A stretch of 64,000 nt of DNA from Pristiophorus japonicus (lineage: Eukaryota): assembly GCF_044704955.1 (NCBI RefSeq), contig NC_091988.1, forward strand, positions 112,840,001-112,904,000. The letters run 5' to 3'. The position numbers and the translations under genes were made by a program. The notes below the pieces were generated by a model. That model was given only the letters and a program-made list of their open reading frames with translations, searched no databases and was not told where the DNA came from. Shown here one piece after another: positions 13,000 to 25,369 of the stretch (positions are counted from its first letter, which is position 1; each line of letters begins with the position of its first letter).

Positions 13000-14546
13000 T
13001 CCAGCACTGACCACCCAAGAGTTTGCAGGTATCTTTGGAAGTAGAGAAATCGCTAGGCCCCGATGAAATGTTATTAAGAGAAGCAAGGGAGGAAATAGCG
13101 GAGGCTCTGACTATAATTTTTCAATCCCCTCTGGTTACAGGCATGATGCCTGAGGACTAGAGAACTGCTAAGGGATAGACCGGGTAATTACAGGCCTGTT
13201 AACCTAATCTTGGTGGTGGGCAAATTACTGGAAAAAGATCTGAGCTCCAGTATGAAACATCATTTAGAAAGGCATGGATTAATCAAGGACAGTCAGCATG
13301 GGTTTGTTAAGGGAAGGTCATGTCTGAGTAACTAGACTGAATTTTTTTAAGGAGGTAACAAGGAGGATACAGTGCTTGATGTAGTCTATGTGGATTTTAG
13401 TGAGGCTTTTGATAAGGTCCCACATGGCAGACTGGTCAGAAAAGTAAAAGCCCATGGGATCCAAAGGAAAGTAGTAAGTTGGATCCAAAATTGGCTCAGT
13501 GGCAGGAAGCAAAGGGTAATGGTTGACAGGTGTTTTTGTGACTGGAAGGCTGTTTCCACTGGGGTTCCACAGGGCTCCGCACTAGGTCCCTTGCTTTTTG
13601 TGGTATACATAAATGATTTAGATGTAGGAGGCATGATAAAGAAATTTGCAGAGGATACAAAAAATGAACGTGTGGTTGATAGTGAAGAAGAAAGCTGTAG
13701 ACTGCAGGAAGATATCAATGTACTGGTCAGGTGGGCAGAACAGTGGCAGATGGAATTCAATCCGGATAAGTGTGAGGTAATGCATTTGGGGAGAGAAAAC
13801 AAGGCAAGGGGATACACTTGTTCACAAGGTTCACTAGGTTGATTCCAGAGATGAGGGGGTTGACTTATGAGGAAAGGTTGAGTAGGTTGGGCCTCTACTC
13901 AGTGGAATTCAGAAGAATGAGAGGGGATCTTATCGAAACGTATAAGATTATGAGGGGGCTTGACAAGGTGGATGCAGAGAGGATGTTTCCACTGATGGGG
14001 GAAGACTAGAACTAGAGGGCATGATCTTAGAATAAGGGGCCGCCCATTTAAAACTGAGATGAGGAGGAATTTCTTCTCTGAGGGTTGTGGATCTGTGGAA
14101 TTCGCTGCCTCAGAGAGCTGTGGAAGCTGGGACATTGAATAAATTTAAGACAGAAATAGACAGTTTCTTAAACGATAAAGGGATAAGGGGTTATGGGGAG
14201 CGGGCAGGGAAGTGGACCTGAGTCCATGAGCGGATCAGCCATGATCATATTAAATGGCGGAGCAGGCTCGAGGGGCCGTTTAGCCTACTCCTGCTCCTAT
14301 TTCTTATGTCCTTAAATTAAATGGTAGGACACTGAGAAGTGTAGAGGAATAGAGGGACCTTGGAGTGCAGGTCCACAGATCCTTGAAGGTAGCAGGACAG
14401 GTAGATAAGGTGGTTAAGAAGGCATACGGAATACTAGCCTTTATTAGCTGGGGCTAGAATACAAGAGCAGGGAGGTTATGTTTAAACTGTATAAAACACT
14501 AGTTAGGCCACAATTAGAGTACTGCATGTAGTCCTGGTCACCACAT
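13000..14546 (+). mobile_element. CR1 RT fragment with a nested younger CR1 3' end (13818-14315)
   Basis: DVVYVDFSEAFDKVPH and GVPQGSALGPLLF; host sequence resumes at ~14316 after the nested tail. Confidence 0.88.
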
Positions 14547-14547
14547 T

Positions 14548-14808
14548 GGATTCACTCCAGATATACACTGCATAGACCAGTAGCAGGAGAATTCTGGATT
14601 CACTCCAGATATACACTGCATAGACCAGGAGCAGGAGAATTCTGGATTTACTCCAGATATACACTGCATAGACCAGTAGCAGGAGAATTCTGGATTCACT
14701 CCAGATATACACTGCATAGACCAGGAGCAGGAGAATTCTGGATTTACTCCAGATATACACTGCATAGACCAGGAGAATTCTGGATTCACTCCAGATATAC
14801 ACTACATA
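14548..14808. repeat. 48-bp minisatellite, about 5.5 copies
   Basis: GGATT(C/T)ACTCCAGATATACACTGCATAGACCAG(T/G)AGCAGGAGAATTCT. Confidence 0.95.
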
Positions 14809-15289
14809 TTCCAAACCTTGAGAATGTCTGGGCTATTGTATTAAGACGACAATTTATTTTTTGAATTAAAGAAAGATATCAATACAATGTCATGGAAATT
14901 AACAACAGAAAATATCAGTGAAGTCAGCTTGACGTTAAAGACAAAACATGATACGAAGGGAGTGTCCAATTAAAATGAAAGCGCAGACTGTTATTTCCCC
15001 CCCACAGCTGCAATATTATCTATTAAAGATTTATTGCTCCAGTTCAAAGAGATCTCTTGCTCCAAGTTATCCTAGCTGTATGCAAAGTTATCAGTAGCCG
15101 CAAGTAAGAAATACAGCACCGTCACATCAAAATCAATGGCATGTCTTTAAAAGTAAATCTGACAGGACAGGAAGCTTCATGATGAGTGCTGCGAGCGATT
15201 ATAGCATTGTGATTCTCTCAGTGACAGGCAAGGGAGCGGCAAATCCATCAGTTTACATTCAACTCCACTAGTTATTACTTACTGTGAGC

Positions 15290-15592
15290 GGGAGTTTCCC
15301 CTCGTGGGGGAGTCTAGAACTAGGGGGCACAGTCTCAGAATAAGGGGTCGCCCATTTAAGATGAGGAGGAATTTCTTCTCTCATGGTCATGAATTTTGGA
15401 ATTCTCTACTACAGAGAGCTGTGGAGGCTGGGTCGTTGAATATTTAAGGTGGAGACAGACAGATTTTTGAACTATAAGGGAGTCAAGGGTTATGGGGAGA
15501 CGGGCAGGGAAATAGAGTTGAGGCTAAGATCAGATCAGCCATGATCTGATCCAAATGGCCCACTCCTGCTCCTATTTCTTATGTTCTTATGT
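15290..15592 (+). mobile_element. CR1 family A 3' end
   Basis: Same 3' sequence and TTCTTATG tail as other copies. Confidence 0.85.
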
Positions 15593-15899
15593 CCCGCTGA
15601 AGCACCCGGAAATGGCACACCTCACCAGCACACACTCATTGTACCACACCACAAGCCTGCAGTATCAGGTCAAACTAAAACACAAGATCCTTGTTGGCTT
15701 AGAAGGTGAATGTACTGAGTTGTACAAACCAGCAGGGCCCGAGGTTTAATTCCTGCTTATGTTGAATCTCAGCTAGAGGTGGTAGTCGGAGAGAAAGACT
15801 GGGGTCAACTTCCTTCACTCACCTCCCCACTCCTCTCCCGGCTTTGTCCCCTGGTAAATCATCTATGATTCCTGAATCTTGTCATTCGTAACCTTTTTG

Positions 15900-16165
15900 C
15901 TTTAAAAAAAAATATTGGTATATGGCCGTCGCTGGCAAGGCCCCTCCCCAATTGCCCTTGAGAAGGTGGTGGTGAACCGCTGCAGTCCGTGTGGTGAAGG
16001 TGCTCCCACAGTGCTGTTCGGGAGGGAGTTCCAGGATTTTGACCCAGCGACGATGAAGGAACGGCACTATATTTCCAAGTCAGGACGGTGTAACTTGGTG
16101 GGGAAATGTCCCCATGCATCTGCTGACTTTGTCCTTCTCGGTGGTAGAGATCGTAGGTTTGGGAA
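15900..16165 (-). mobile_element. CR1 family B 3' end
   Basis: Reverse complement of the 5220-5478-type tail. Confidence 0.75.
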
Positions 16166-16374
16166 GTGAACATTGTGCAAAGACTGGACCGGGCACAGCC
16201 ATCATGAACACTCTGCCTGCTCCCCACAGTCCAAGTGATTCCTCCCACCCTGAACCCCAGTGGACCACTGACCCTTCCAATGCCTGCCCCCAACCCAGCC
16301 TCGGACCACCTATCATCAAGGGCGCTACTCAGCGCCAAGCTTGCGGCTAACATCTCGCCGTAGGCAACTAGGCC

Positions 16375-16707
16375 CATACAGCAGTGCCTGGTCTCCAGTC
16401 ATCTTGGATTCCCCCTTGACACTGGACCAAGACCTTGCTCAGCCAAGCCCGTGTGGTAGTCGGTGTGCAACGACCACCCCACGTTAAAAGAACTCACGCA
16501 CAGGCATCTTCCACTCCTCTAACATGAAGTTCTGGACCTGGAACGTCAGGACCCTCATGGACAACACCAACCCTCAATGACTATCTGTCCCACCTGTGAC
16601 AGGGACTGTGATTCTCGTAATGGACTGGTCAGCCACCAAAGAACTCACTTTTAGAGTGGAAGAAGTCTTCCTCGATTCCGAGGGACTGCCTGTGATGATG
16701 ATAATGA
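16375..16707 (+). mobile_element. Bipartite RTE element with a different deletion junction (retains zinc-finger coding end)
   Basis: MKFWTWNVRTLMDN is joined directly to TICPTCDRDC..R.GL.SH.RTH and an (ATG)n tail. Confidence 0.8.
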
Positions 16708-17799
16708 TGCCATTTGAAGAACGGCAGGTTGTGCGAGGTGCCAGAGAGCTGCAGGTGTCCCCCGGAACTGCAGCCTAGTGTGAACCAGCCACACGGTTTC
16801 AGGTATTCACCTCGACCACGGACAGTGCTCTTCATCTGGTGCTGGCACCACCTACGTGAGTGCTGGCACAGATCCGGGAGCTCAAGCGGTCTGTAACCAG
16901 AAACCTGAAGAGGAAAATGCTAAGTGCTTGCGTGAGGGGTGACCTTGCACCAAAACTGACACTGACACTCTAAGTTGTGATTTAGTCACACACAACATGG
17001 TCTCATCGCTTTCCAGGAATAAACAGTGGCCCAACTGGATCTGCAGTTTTCAATGGCTGGGTGAGAGATGGAATGGTGATACTGAATCAATCCACCAATC
17101 TAGATTGCTACTGTGATTAAGGATCAGCCATAAAAGTTTGATAACTGCATATTTAATGCAATTAGCATAAAAGACCTGTGATTGTGCGATTGGACTCGAG
17201 AGCTGAAGGTGAACAGTTAGGGAGGCTGCAGGTCAGAATCCGCTGCTCTATAGTTTTTATAATGAAAGTTTTATGAGCAATACCCAGTGAGCAAAAGGAT
17301 GGGAAACTCAACCTGCTCCTTGACAACACATTTACTAATAAGGGGAGGCGGGGAGACAGAGCAGGGTGGAAATGAATGATGTAACTGGAAGGCCAGAGTA
17401 GCAGAGGGAATGGTAGAATCCCACACAAGTGAAGAAACAGACAGGAGATGTGGGCCAGCTATTAGGATTCAATTACACAGAAAAATAACAACAGGCCAGA
17501 CTGAGGAGCTGCTGCATCCTCACAATACTGTGCATGAATGTCCGGAATCTGAGGACTAAATCTGCAGAATCCAGGGGTCTGTATTAGCAAAGGAGGGGAC
17601 ATCATCACAGATAGCTAAATACTTGTAACTGAGGTGAACTTAGAGGTATATATGGCCATATAGAGGCAGGAAGAATAAAATGAAACAAGTGTGACCTTTT
17701 ATTTGAAGAACAGGAATATAACAGAGAGAGAAATGTGAATCAGTGTAGATCACTGATCGAGGTAAATGCAGACTATGAGGAATTGAAGTTAATAAAATT

Positions 17800-19467
17800 A
17801 TAGAATTTCACAGCACAGGAGGCTGCCGTTCAGTCCATCGTGCCTGTGCCGGCTCTTTGAAAGAGCTGTCCAATTTAGTCCCACAGGCTAACTTTTTCCC
17901 CCATAACCCTGCAAATGAGTCCAATTGCCTTTTGAAGGTTACGATGGAATCTGATTCCACCACCCTTTCAAGTTAAGGGGAGACCTAATAGAGGTTATCT
18001 GCATTCCAGGTCGCAACAACCCTGTGTAAAGAAATTTCCCCTCTAGTTCTTTGGCCAATTATTTTAAATCTGTGACCTCTGGTTACCGACCTATTTGCCA
18101 GAGGGAATAGCTTCTCCCTACTTGCTTGATTAAAACCCCTCATAGTTCTGAATACCTCTATTGGGTCTCCCCTTAACCTTCTTTGCTCCAAGGAGAACAA
18201 TTCCAGCTTTCCAATCGCTCCACATAACTGAACACCCTCATCCCTGGTATTATCCCGACAAACCTCCTCTAGACACTCTCCAGGGCTGTGACATCCTTCC
18301 TAAAGTGTGGTGCCCAGAATTGGACACAATACTCCAGCTGAGGCCTAACCAGTGATTTGTAACGCTTTAGCATAAGTTCCTTGTTTGTGTATTCAATTCC
18401 CCCATTTACAAAGCCAACTATCCCATACAATTTACAAAGCCAACTATCCCATACACTTTCTTAACTGCCTTAGCATCTTGCCCTGCCTTTTGAAGGATTT
18501 GTGAATATGCATTCCCCCTCATAATAGTGAGACTATACTGTCTCTCCATTTTGCTTCTCCCAAAGTGCATGACTTCACACTAAATTGCATCTGCCATGTG
18601 TTTGCCCATTTCACCAGCCTATGTCCTCCTGAAGCCTGCTAATATCCTGTTCACTATATACTACATTGCCAAGTTATGGATCATCTGCAAACTTCAGAAT
18701 TGAGGCATTGGTGGACCGGGAGCGAATGTTTTTTTATTTCTTAAAATATCTTTTAAATGATGAGAAACTATTAAATGCTGTTGTTCAGAGTGATTTGGGG
18801 GCCCTTGTACACAAAACACAGAAAGTTAACAGGTAGAGCAAGCAATTAGGAAGGCAACTGGTATGTTGGCCTTTATTGCAAGGGGGTTGGTGTACAAGAG
18901 TAAGGAAGTCTTGCTGCAATTGTACAAGGCCTTGGTGAGACCACACCTGGAGTTTTGGTCTCCTTATCTAAGGAAGGATATACTTGCCTTAGAGGCGGTG
19001 CAACAAAGGTTCACTAGATTGAGTCCTGGGATGAGAGGGCTGTCTTATGAAGAGAGATTGAATAGAATGGGCCTATAATCTCTGGGGTGATCTCATTGAA
19101 ACATACAAGACTCTTACAGGGCTTGACAAGGTAGATGCTGAGGGGTTGTTTCCCCTGGCTGGAGATTCTAGAAGTAGGGGGCATAGTCTCAGGATAAGGG
19201 GTCGGCCATTTAGGACTGAGATGTGGAGAAATTTCTTCACTCAGAGGGTAGTGAATCTTCGGAATTCTCTACCCTAGAGGGTTGTGGATGCTCAGTCATT
19301 GAGTATATTCAAGGCTGAGATCGATAGATTTTTGGGCACTAAGGGAATCAAGAGATATGTGGATCGGGTGAGAAAGTGGAATTGAGGTCAAAGCTATGAT
19401 CTTATTGAATGGTGGAGCAGGCTCGAGGGGCTGTATATCCTACTCTTGCTCCTATTTATTATGTTCT
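17800..19467. mobile_element. Two CR1 3' fragments: about 17800-18700 (minus) and 18750-19467 (plus)
   Basis: FSLEQRRLRGD on minus; LYKALVRPHLE..LEAVQQRFTR on plus. Confidence 0.85.
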
Positions 19468-19499
19468 GGGTTATGATGCACGGGACTTGGGGCAAGTTA

Positions 19500-19770
19500 G
19501 GACTCGGGCAGTAGAGTATTGGATGTGTTCAAGTTTATGGAGGGTGGAAGATGGGAGGCCAGCCAGGGGAACATTGCATTAGCCAAGTTTAGAGGTAACA
19601 AAGGCACGGCTGAGGGTTTCAGCAGCAGATGAGTTGAGGCAGGGGCGGAGAGAGGGCTATGTTATGGAGATGGAAATGGCAGTCTGGGTGATGGAGCAGC
19701 TATGTGGTCGCAAGCTCTTCTCAAGGTCAAGTACGATGCCAAGGTTGCAAACGGTCTGGTTCAGCCTCAG
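19500..19770 (-). mobile_element. L2-like fragment
   Basis: Similar to 61240-61345 (GGAAGATGGGAGGCC...GAGGTAACAAA). Confidence 0.6.
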
Positions 19771-20599
19771 ACAGTGACTCCAGTCTTACAGTTTGTGGTT
19801 GACCAGTAATGCCCTCAGGGAAGTTGGGTGGGCAGTACATGCTGCCCATCTCAACAACAAATAAAAATATAGTTGCAGTGAGGTACATTAGGGAATGGAG
19901 ACACTGTGATTATGCTCATTGTGAGCCCCTGAAATCATGTTCCTGACTAGGTGTATAGAGTGTTAAAGGGACAGCTTTCACTCAAAGCAATTATTCATAC
20001 TGTCCACCAGAGGTGTTTTGCAACTGTGATCTCCTGGTTAGTCATGCTCCACAGGATTTAATAAACACATTATATAACTTTGTGCACTAAACGTTTGTTA
20101 AACTTATGCTACATTGACAGACTATCCAGTCAAATTGGTTTTATTGGCTATCACCCAGGACAAAAGTAACCCTCAAAAATTAATTGTTCAGAATTTTTGC
20201 ATCTCTAACAAAACTGGATCTCAGTGCTGCCGATCTAGCTGATTTGAATGGCGGTGCAGGCTCGAAGGGCTGAATGGCCTACTCCTGCACCTATTTTCTA
20301 TGTTTCTATTCCTTTCAATCAGGTATGAGCACAAGAATCTGATTCAGAAATAAGCGACGCGAGAGATACTTGCGTGACCATACCTACACCTGGAAAATTA
20401 ATTCGGGAAAACTCTGCCAATCAAAGTCTCCATTGGGAAATCAGCCAAAAATGTCAACCCAATCGCAGAGCAGCACAAGCCTAGAGTCCTCCAATATAGC
20501 CTGCAACTTCAGCACTTTGCTGCAGCAGAGAAAGTCTGGAGAGAAGGCAGAAAATGGGAATTATTCTTCTCAGTAAGGGCATTAACTGAATTTTGTGCT

Positions 20600-22080
20600 G
20601 GTACTGGACACAGGTACACAGCAAGAAACTGTGCCACTCAACCCTGAATGTCAGTCGCACAAAAAGGTGGCGGGAGGGTCACAGAATGGCTGGTGTGGGA
20701 AATGGAAAATTGTCACGTTGTTGGAGTAGGGATGACGGTCTGAGATTGGGGCTAAGGCTCATTATCGGGACAGAGTACAGGGAGCTTTCTTCTGTAAATA
20801 ATCATCCTATAACTGACCTGGGAATTAATTGATGCTGACAATAGATGCTTGAAACGGAGAGTATTCCATTCTCCAGCACGAGCACCCCTCATGTTGCTGA
20901 ACACAAAACTGATGCAAGAAGTATCAATCTGCTGTGCTCCTTTGGGCCCCATTTGTCATTACCCTAAATACATTACATCAGTAATCACATTGTGGAACAC
21001 AATAACTCGGATTATTTTTCCTGGAACTTTAGCACAGGGAAGACATGAGCAAGATGATTTTAACACCCTCTCCACTTACCTTCAGCAACCAGCTAGTTTG
21101 ACAATTACAGTGGCAGACCAGGAGGAGTGCTCACTGATTCAAGTGTTGGTGCAATTCATGCTATGTTTTTTAAACCAGCTCATTGGGAATTTCCAGTAGG
21201 GCCCACCAAACACTCCAGTGTATACAAGTCTCCTCTCGGCCCACTCAAATAGGAACAAACAAATCGTGGATTAGCTCAGAGTGCAACAGAACACAACAGA
21301 TCCCCCGCAACACATCTTCCTCAAACGCAGCAGTACAATTCTTTCAGAAATACCTGGGTCAGACACTCTGAAACAACCTTTTAGGATCCCAGCCAACAAA
21401 TCGTTGATAGAAGACACAAAATTGAGTAAATGACTGTCGGCAATCTTTCCTGCGTCACTCTTTTCAAGTGAGCTAGCGGCACTGAGTGCCCCTTCTCTTT
21501 GTACTGATCTTAGAACTGGATACAATTCACACATTGCAAAAAGCACTCGGTAGAAAGCCTTACAAAAAATAATGAAAGCCAAGAAAGGGGATTCCTCAAA
21601 ACCAATACACTTCATGATCTCATTCCAAGCCACTTGTCCCCTGCATTTTTCAGCAGAATGAAATCCAGCCTGCTCATTTTTGATTACACTGCAGGCCTCC
21701 AACACGTCACATATATGTGGCACCATGAATTTACCAACCCTCTTAAGAAACACCATAAGAATCAGCAAGATTACTTGGTAATTTTCAAATTCTCTAGGAT
21801 TCTCCTTAAGAGACCACAAATGTATTTAGGAGCACATGTCTCAGGGGATCTCAGTTCGCTGCCGCAGAAAGGTGGCTCCATGGTGAACTGATAGAGATTA
21901 GTGCCAAGTACTAAGATAATTATCAATCCTCCCCATCCATTTTGCCCAATAGATTTCAGCAATGCTGTATGATGATAATGTGTGCATCTGCAAAATTTTT
22001 ACAATTCTTTTCATACTGATCAAGATGAGGGATGTTAGTGCTGGTGAATGGAATTACTTGCTGTACTGGGTTATCCAATG
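20600..22080 (-). mobile_element. Ancient, highly diverged RTE-type LINE RT region
   Basis: ORF 21271-21819: ENYQVILL (NYRGISLL), NEQAGF, FLAFIIFCKAFYRV (FIDF.KAFD.V), GILKGC (GV.QGC). Confidence 0.65.
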
Positions 22081-22089
22081 ATAGCATTG

Positions 22090-23850
22090 ACAACCCTCAG
22101 ATCAGGAACACCACGGGTTAGATACAGAGTAAAGCTCCCTCCACACTGCCCCACCAAACACTCCCAGGGCAGGTACAGGGGGTTAGATACAGAGTAAAGC
22201 TCCCTCTACACTGTTCCATCAAACACTCCCAGGGCTGGTACACACAGGGTTAGATACAGAGTAAAGCTCCCTCCACACTGCCCCACCAAACACTCCCAGG
22301 GCAGGTCCAGGGGGTTAGATACAGAGTAAAGCTCCCTCTACACTGTCCCATCAAACACTCCCAGGGCAGGTACAGCACGGGTTAGATACAGAGTAAAGCT
22401 CCCTCTACACTGCCCCATCAGATACTCCCAGGACAGGTACAGCACGGGTTAGAAACAGAGTAAAACTCTCTTTGGATAGAGAATTGGCTAACTAACAGAA
22501 AACAGAGAGTCAGGATAAATAGGTCATTTTCCGATTGGCAAACAGTGACTAGTGGGGTGCCGCAGGGATTGGTGCTGGGTCCTCAACTATTTACAATCTA
22601 TATTAATGACTTGGATGAAGGGACTGAGTGTAATGTAGCCAAGTTTGCTGATGATACAAAGATGGATGGGAAAGCAAATTGTGAGGAGGACACAAAAAAT
22701 CTGCAAAGAGATATAAACAAGCTAAATCAGTGGGCAAAATTTGGACAATGGAGTATAATGTGGGAAAATGTGAGCTTATCCACTCTCAAAGAAAAAAATA
22801 GAAAACAAATTATAATTTAAATGAGGAAAAATTGCAAAGTGCTGCAATACAGAGGGACCTGGGGGTCCTTGTGAATGAAACACAAAAAGTTAGTATGCAG
22901 GTACAGCAAATAATCAGGAAGGCAAATGGAATGTTGGCCTTTATTGCAAGCGGGATAGAGTATAAAAGCAAAGAAGTCCTGCTACAATTGTACAAAGTAT
23001 TGGTGAGGCCACACCTAGAATACTGCATACAGTTTTGGTCTCGGTATTTAAGGAAGGATATACTTGCATTGGAGGCTGTTCAGAGAAGATTCACCAGGTT
23101 GATTCCGGAGATGAAGGGGTTGACTTATGAAGATAGGTTGAATAGGTTGGGCCTATACACATTGGAGTTCAGAAGGAGAGGTGATCTTATGGAAACATAG
23201 AAGATAATGAGGGGGTTCGACAAGGTGGATGCAGAGAGGATATTTCTACTCATAGGGAATACTAAAACTAGGACGCATAGACTCAGAATAAGGGGCCGCC
23301 CATTTAAAACTGAGATGAGGAGGAATTTCTTCTTTCAGAGGGCTGTAAATCTGTGGAATTTTCTGCCCCAGAGAGCTGTGGAGGCTGGATCATTGAATAT
23401 ATTTAAGGCGGAGATTGACACATTTTTGAGCGATAAGGGAGTAAAGGGTTATGGGGAGCGGGCAGGGAATTGGAGCTGAGTCCATGATCAGATCAGCCAT
23501 GATCTTATTAAATGGCGGAGCAAGCTCGAGGGGCCAAATGGCCTACTCCTGCTCCTATTTCTTAAGTTCTTATGTCCTCTACACTGGCCCATCAAAAATT
23601 CTCAGATCAGGAACAACACGGGGTTAGATACAGAGTAAAGCTTCCTCGACACTGTCCCAGCAAACACTCCCAGGGCAGGTACAGCACGGGTTAGATAGAG
23701 AGTAAAGCTTCCTCTACACTGTCCTATCAAACACTCCCAGGGCAGGTACAGCATGGGTTAGATACAGAGTAAAGCTCCCTCTACACTGTCCCATCAAACA
23801 CTCCCAGGGGAGGTACAGCATGGGTTATATGTGGAGTTAAGCTCCTTTGA
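22090..23850. repeat. ~64-67-bp minisatellite (about 6 + 4 units) split by a CR1 insertion
   Basis: GGGTTAGATACAGAGTAAAGCTCCCTCTACACTGTCCCATCAAACACTCCCAGGGCAGGTACAGCAC at 22090-22470 and 23576-23850. Confidence 0.92.
22471..23575 (+). mobile_element. CR1 family A, 5'-truncated
   Basis: SGVPQGLVLGPQLF, KFADDTK, LVRPHLEYC and 3' tail. Confidence 0.92.
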
Positions 23851-25369
23851 CTCTGCTGCAATAATCTCCCTCAGCTAACACTTCAGAAGAACGCCCTTTA
23901 CCATACCATTTGGATATTCTTCCTTTTCCATTTATTTGCTGTAAAAAGGTAAATTAAATCTATTTTTCTCCCTTGGTCTTCCCTGAGACAGACTGGACAA
24001 TCTACTCCCAAGTCACTAAGGGGTGATGAGTCCAGATAGGATTGATGGTCTCTCTGATTTTCCATTCTTCTTGTGATCAGAAGTGTTTGGCCCAGCCTGC
24101 CAGTGAAGCAAATGAGAGTGGGAGGATCGGTCCTGTGCCCTACCGCTGTTTTGGTGGGGACCACAGTGTGTTCCAAAATCGTTACCAGGAAAATCTCTCC
24201 CAAATAACTTTTAAAAATCATCTTAGTTTATGAAAGAGGAATTACTTTGCTGAACTATGATAGATACTATTAGCAGTAGTGCAGATTAAATCTAATTTAG
24301 GCATGATTAATTAGAAGAGAAACCATTTTCTGTAATTACAATATGGTTAATTGGTTGTTAATTGGAATTTGCATACAAATGAGGTTAATCAAAATTGAAC
24401 TTTCCCAGATAACTAAGCACAGTAAATGCCCGTTACACTGTGTATCAATGTATTTACAAAGTGGAATCAATCCAAATATCCATAATTATGAAGGAGCTGG
24501 AAACACAGGTATTATTGACGACAGTTCATGTTTAGAGCTGTGAGTCCATCATTGGTGTCCCAGTAGATAGATTCTGGTGGTGGAGCGAAGTTACTATAAA
24601 TAATGTACCATTTCGGGAAAGAATCATAATTTAATTAAAAAATATCAGCAACTGCCGTCTGCCTGCCCTTCCACTAAATGCTCCTTCTGGCGCCCTGCCA
24701 AAGTTATTACTCGTAAGTTTTATGAATCCCTCTTTCTACCATCTTCCACCCTCGTGGTACAGCCGCCAGCTCTCAAAGTGAAAGCTAACTTTTTACTCCA
24801 ACTCTAACCGCGATGGTCTTGGTAAAATAATTCCCTCAAGCTCAACCATTGATCGACAGCAAGTATTAATCTTAGCAGGTCTATCAGGTTCTCCACTCTG
24901 TGGGCCCAATCATTTCGAAGGTCCTTCCTATCTACTTCAAGATATGTGCCTGTGTCCTGTGCTGCACCATGCTGTCTCCTTAATTTCTCTTGCGTTCAGT
25001 CCACCTTTCCTTCTCTCTGAAAATGTATTTATTTACCCAGAGAATTGATCCATCTAGCCTTTAATTCCCACCGTATTGCCCTTACATCACTTCTTTCTGA
25101 AGCAACGATCTGATGTTAACTCTCAAATTACCCATCAGCTTTATAATTCTGGCAGAACCCATAATTGTCAAAATGTTTTTTTGCATGGACATTCTTGGTT
25201 AACTTGTTGCCGATATTAAGCACTTCACTCTGCTCTTGAACATTTGTTTGATTACCATGAATACCGCCAAAGCCTTTGGCAGAGTATAGACCATGCACTT
25301 CTAAACAACTTAACTGCATTTGCCTGACTCACTGATACTATGTTCATTGTTATACCACTGGTTAGAACA

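Noticed and set aside
14503-14814. Repetitive hydrophobic ORF (LLVYAVYIWSESRI)n
   Set aside because: It is a by-product of a 48-bp (16-codon) minisatellite.
21271-21819. 182-aa ORF as a host gene
   Set aside because: It contains degenerate non-LTR RT motifs, so it is better explained as an old LINE.
23907-23938. 32-nt minus-strand segment with acceptor and donor
   Set aside because: No RNF123 similarity and an immediate stop in the RNF123 frame; likely a pseudo-exon.
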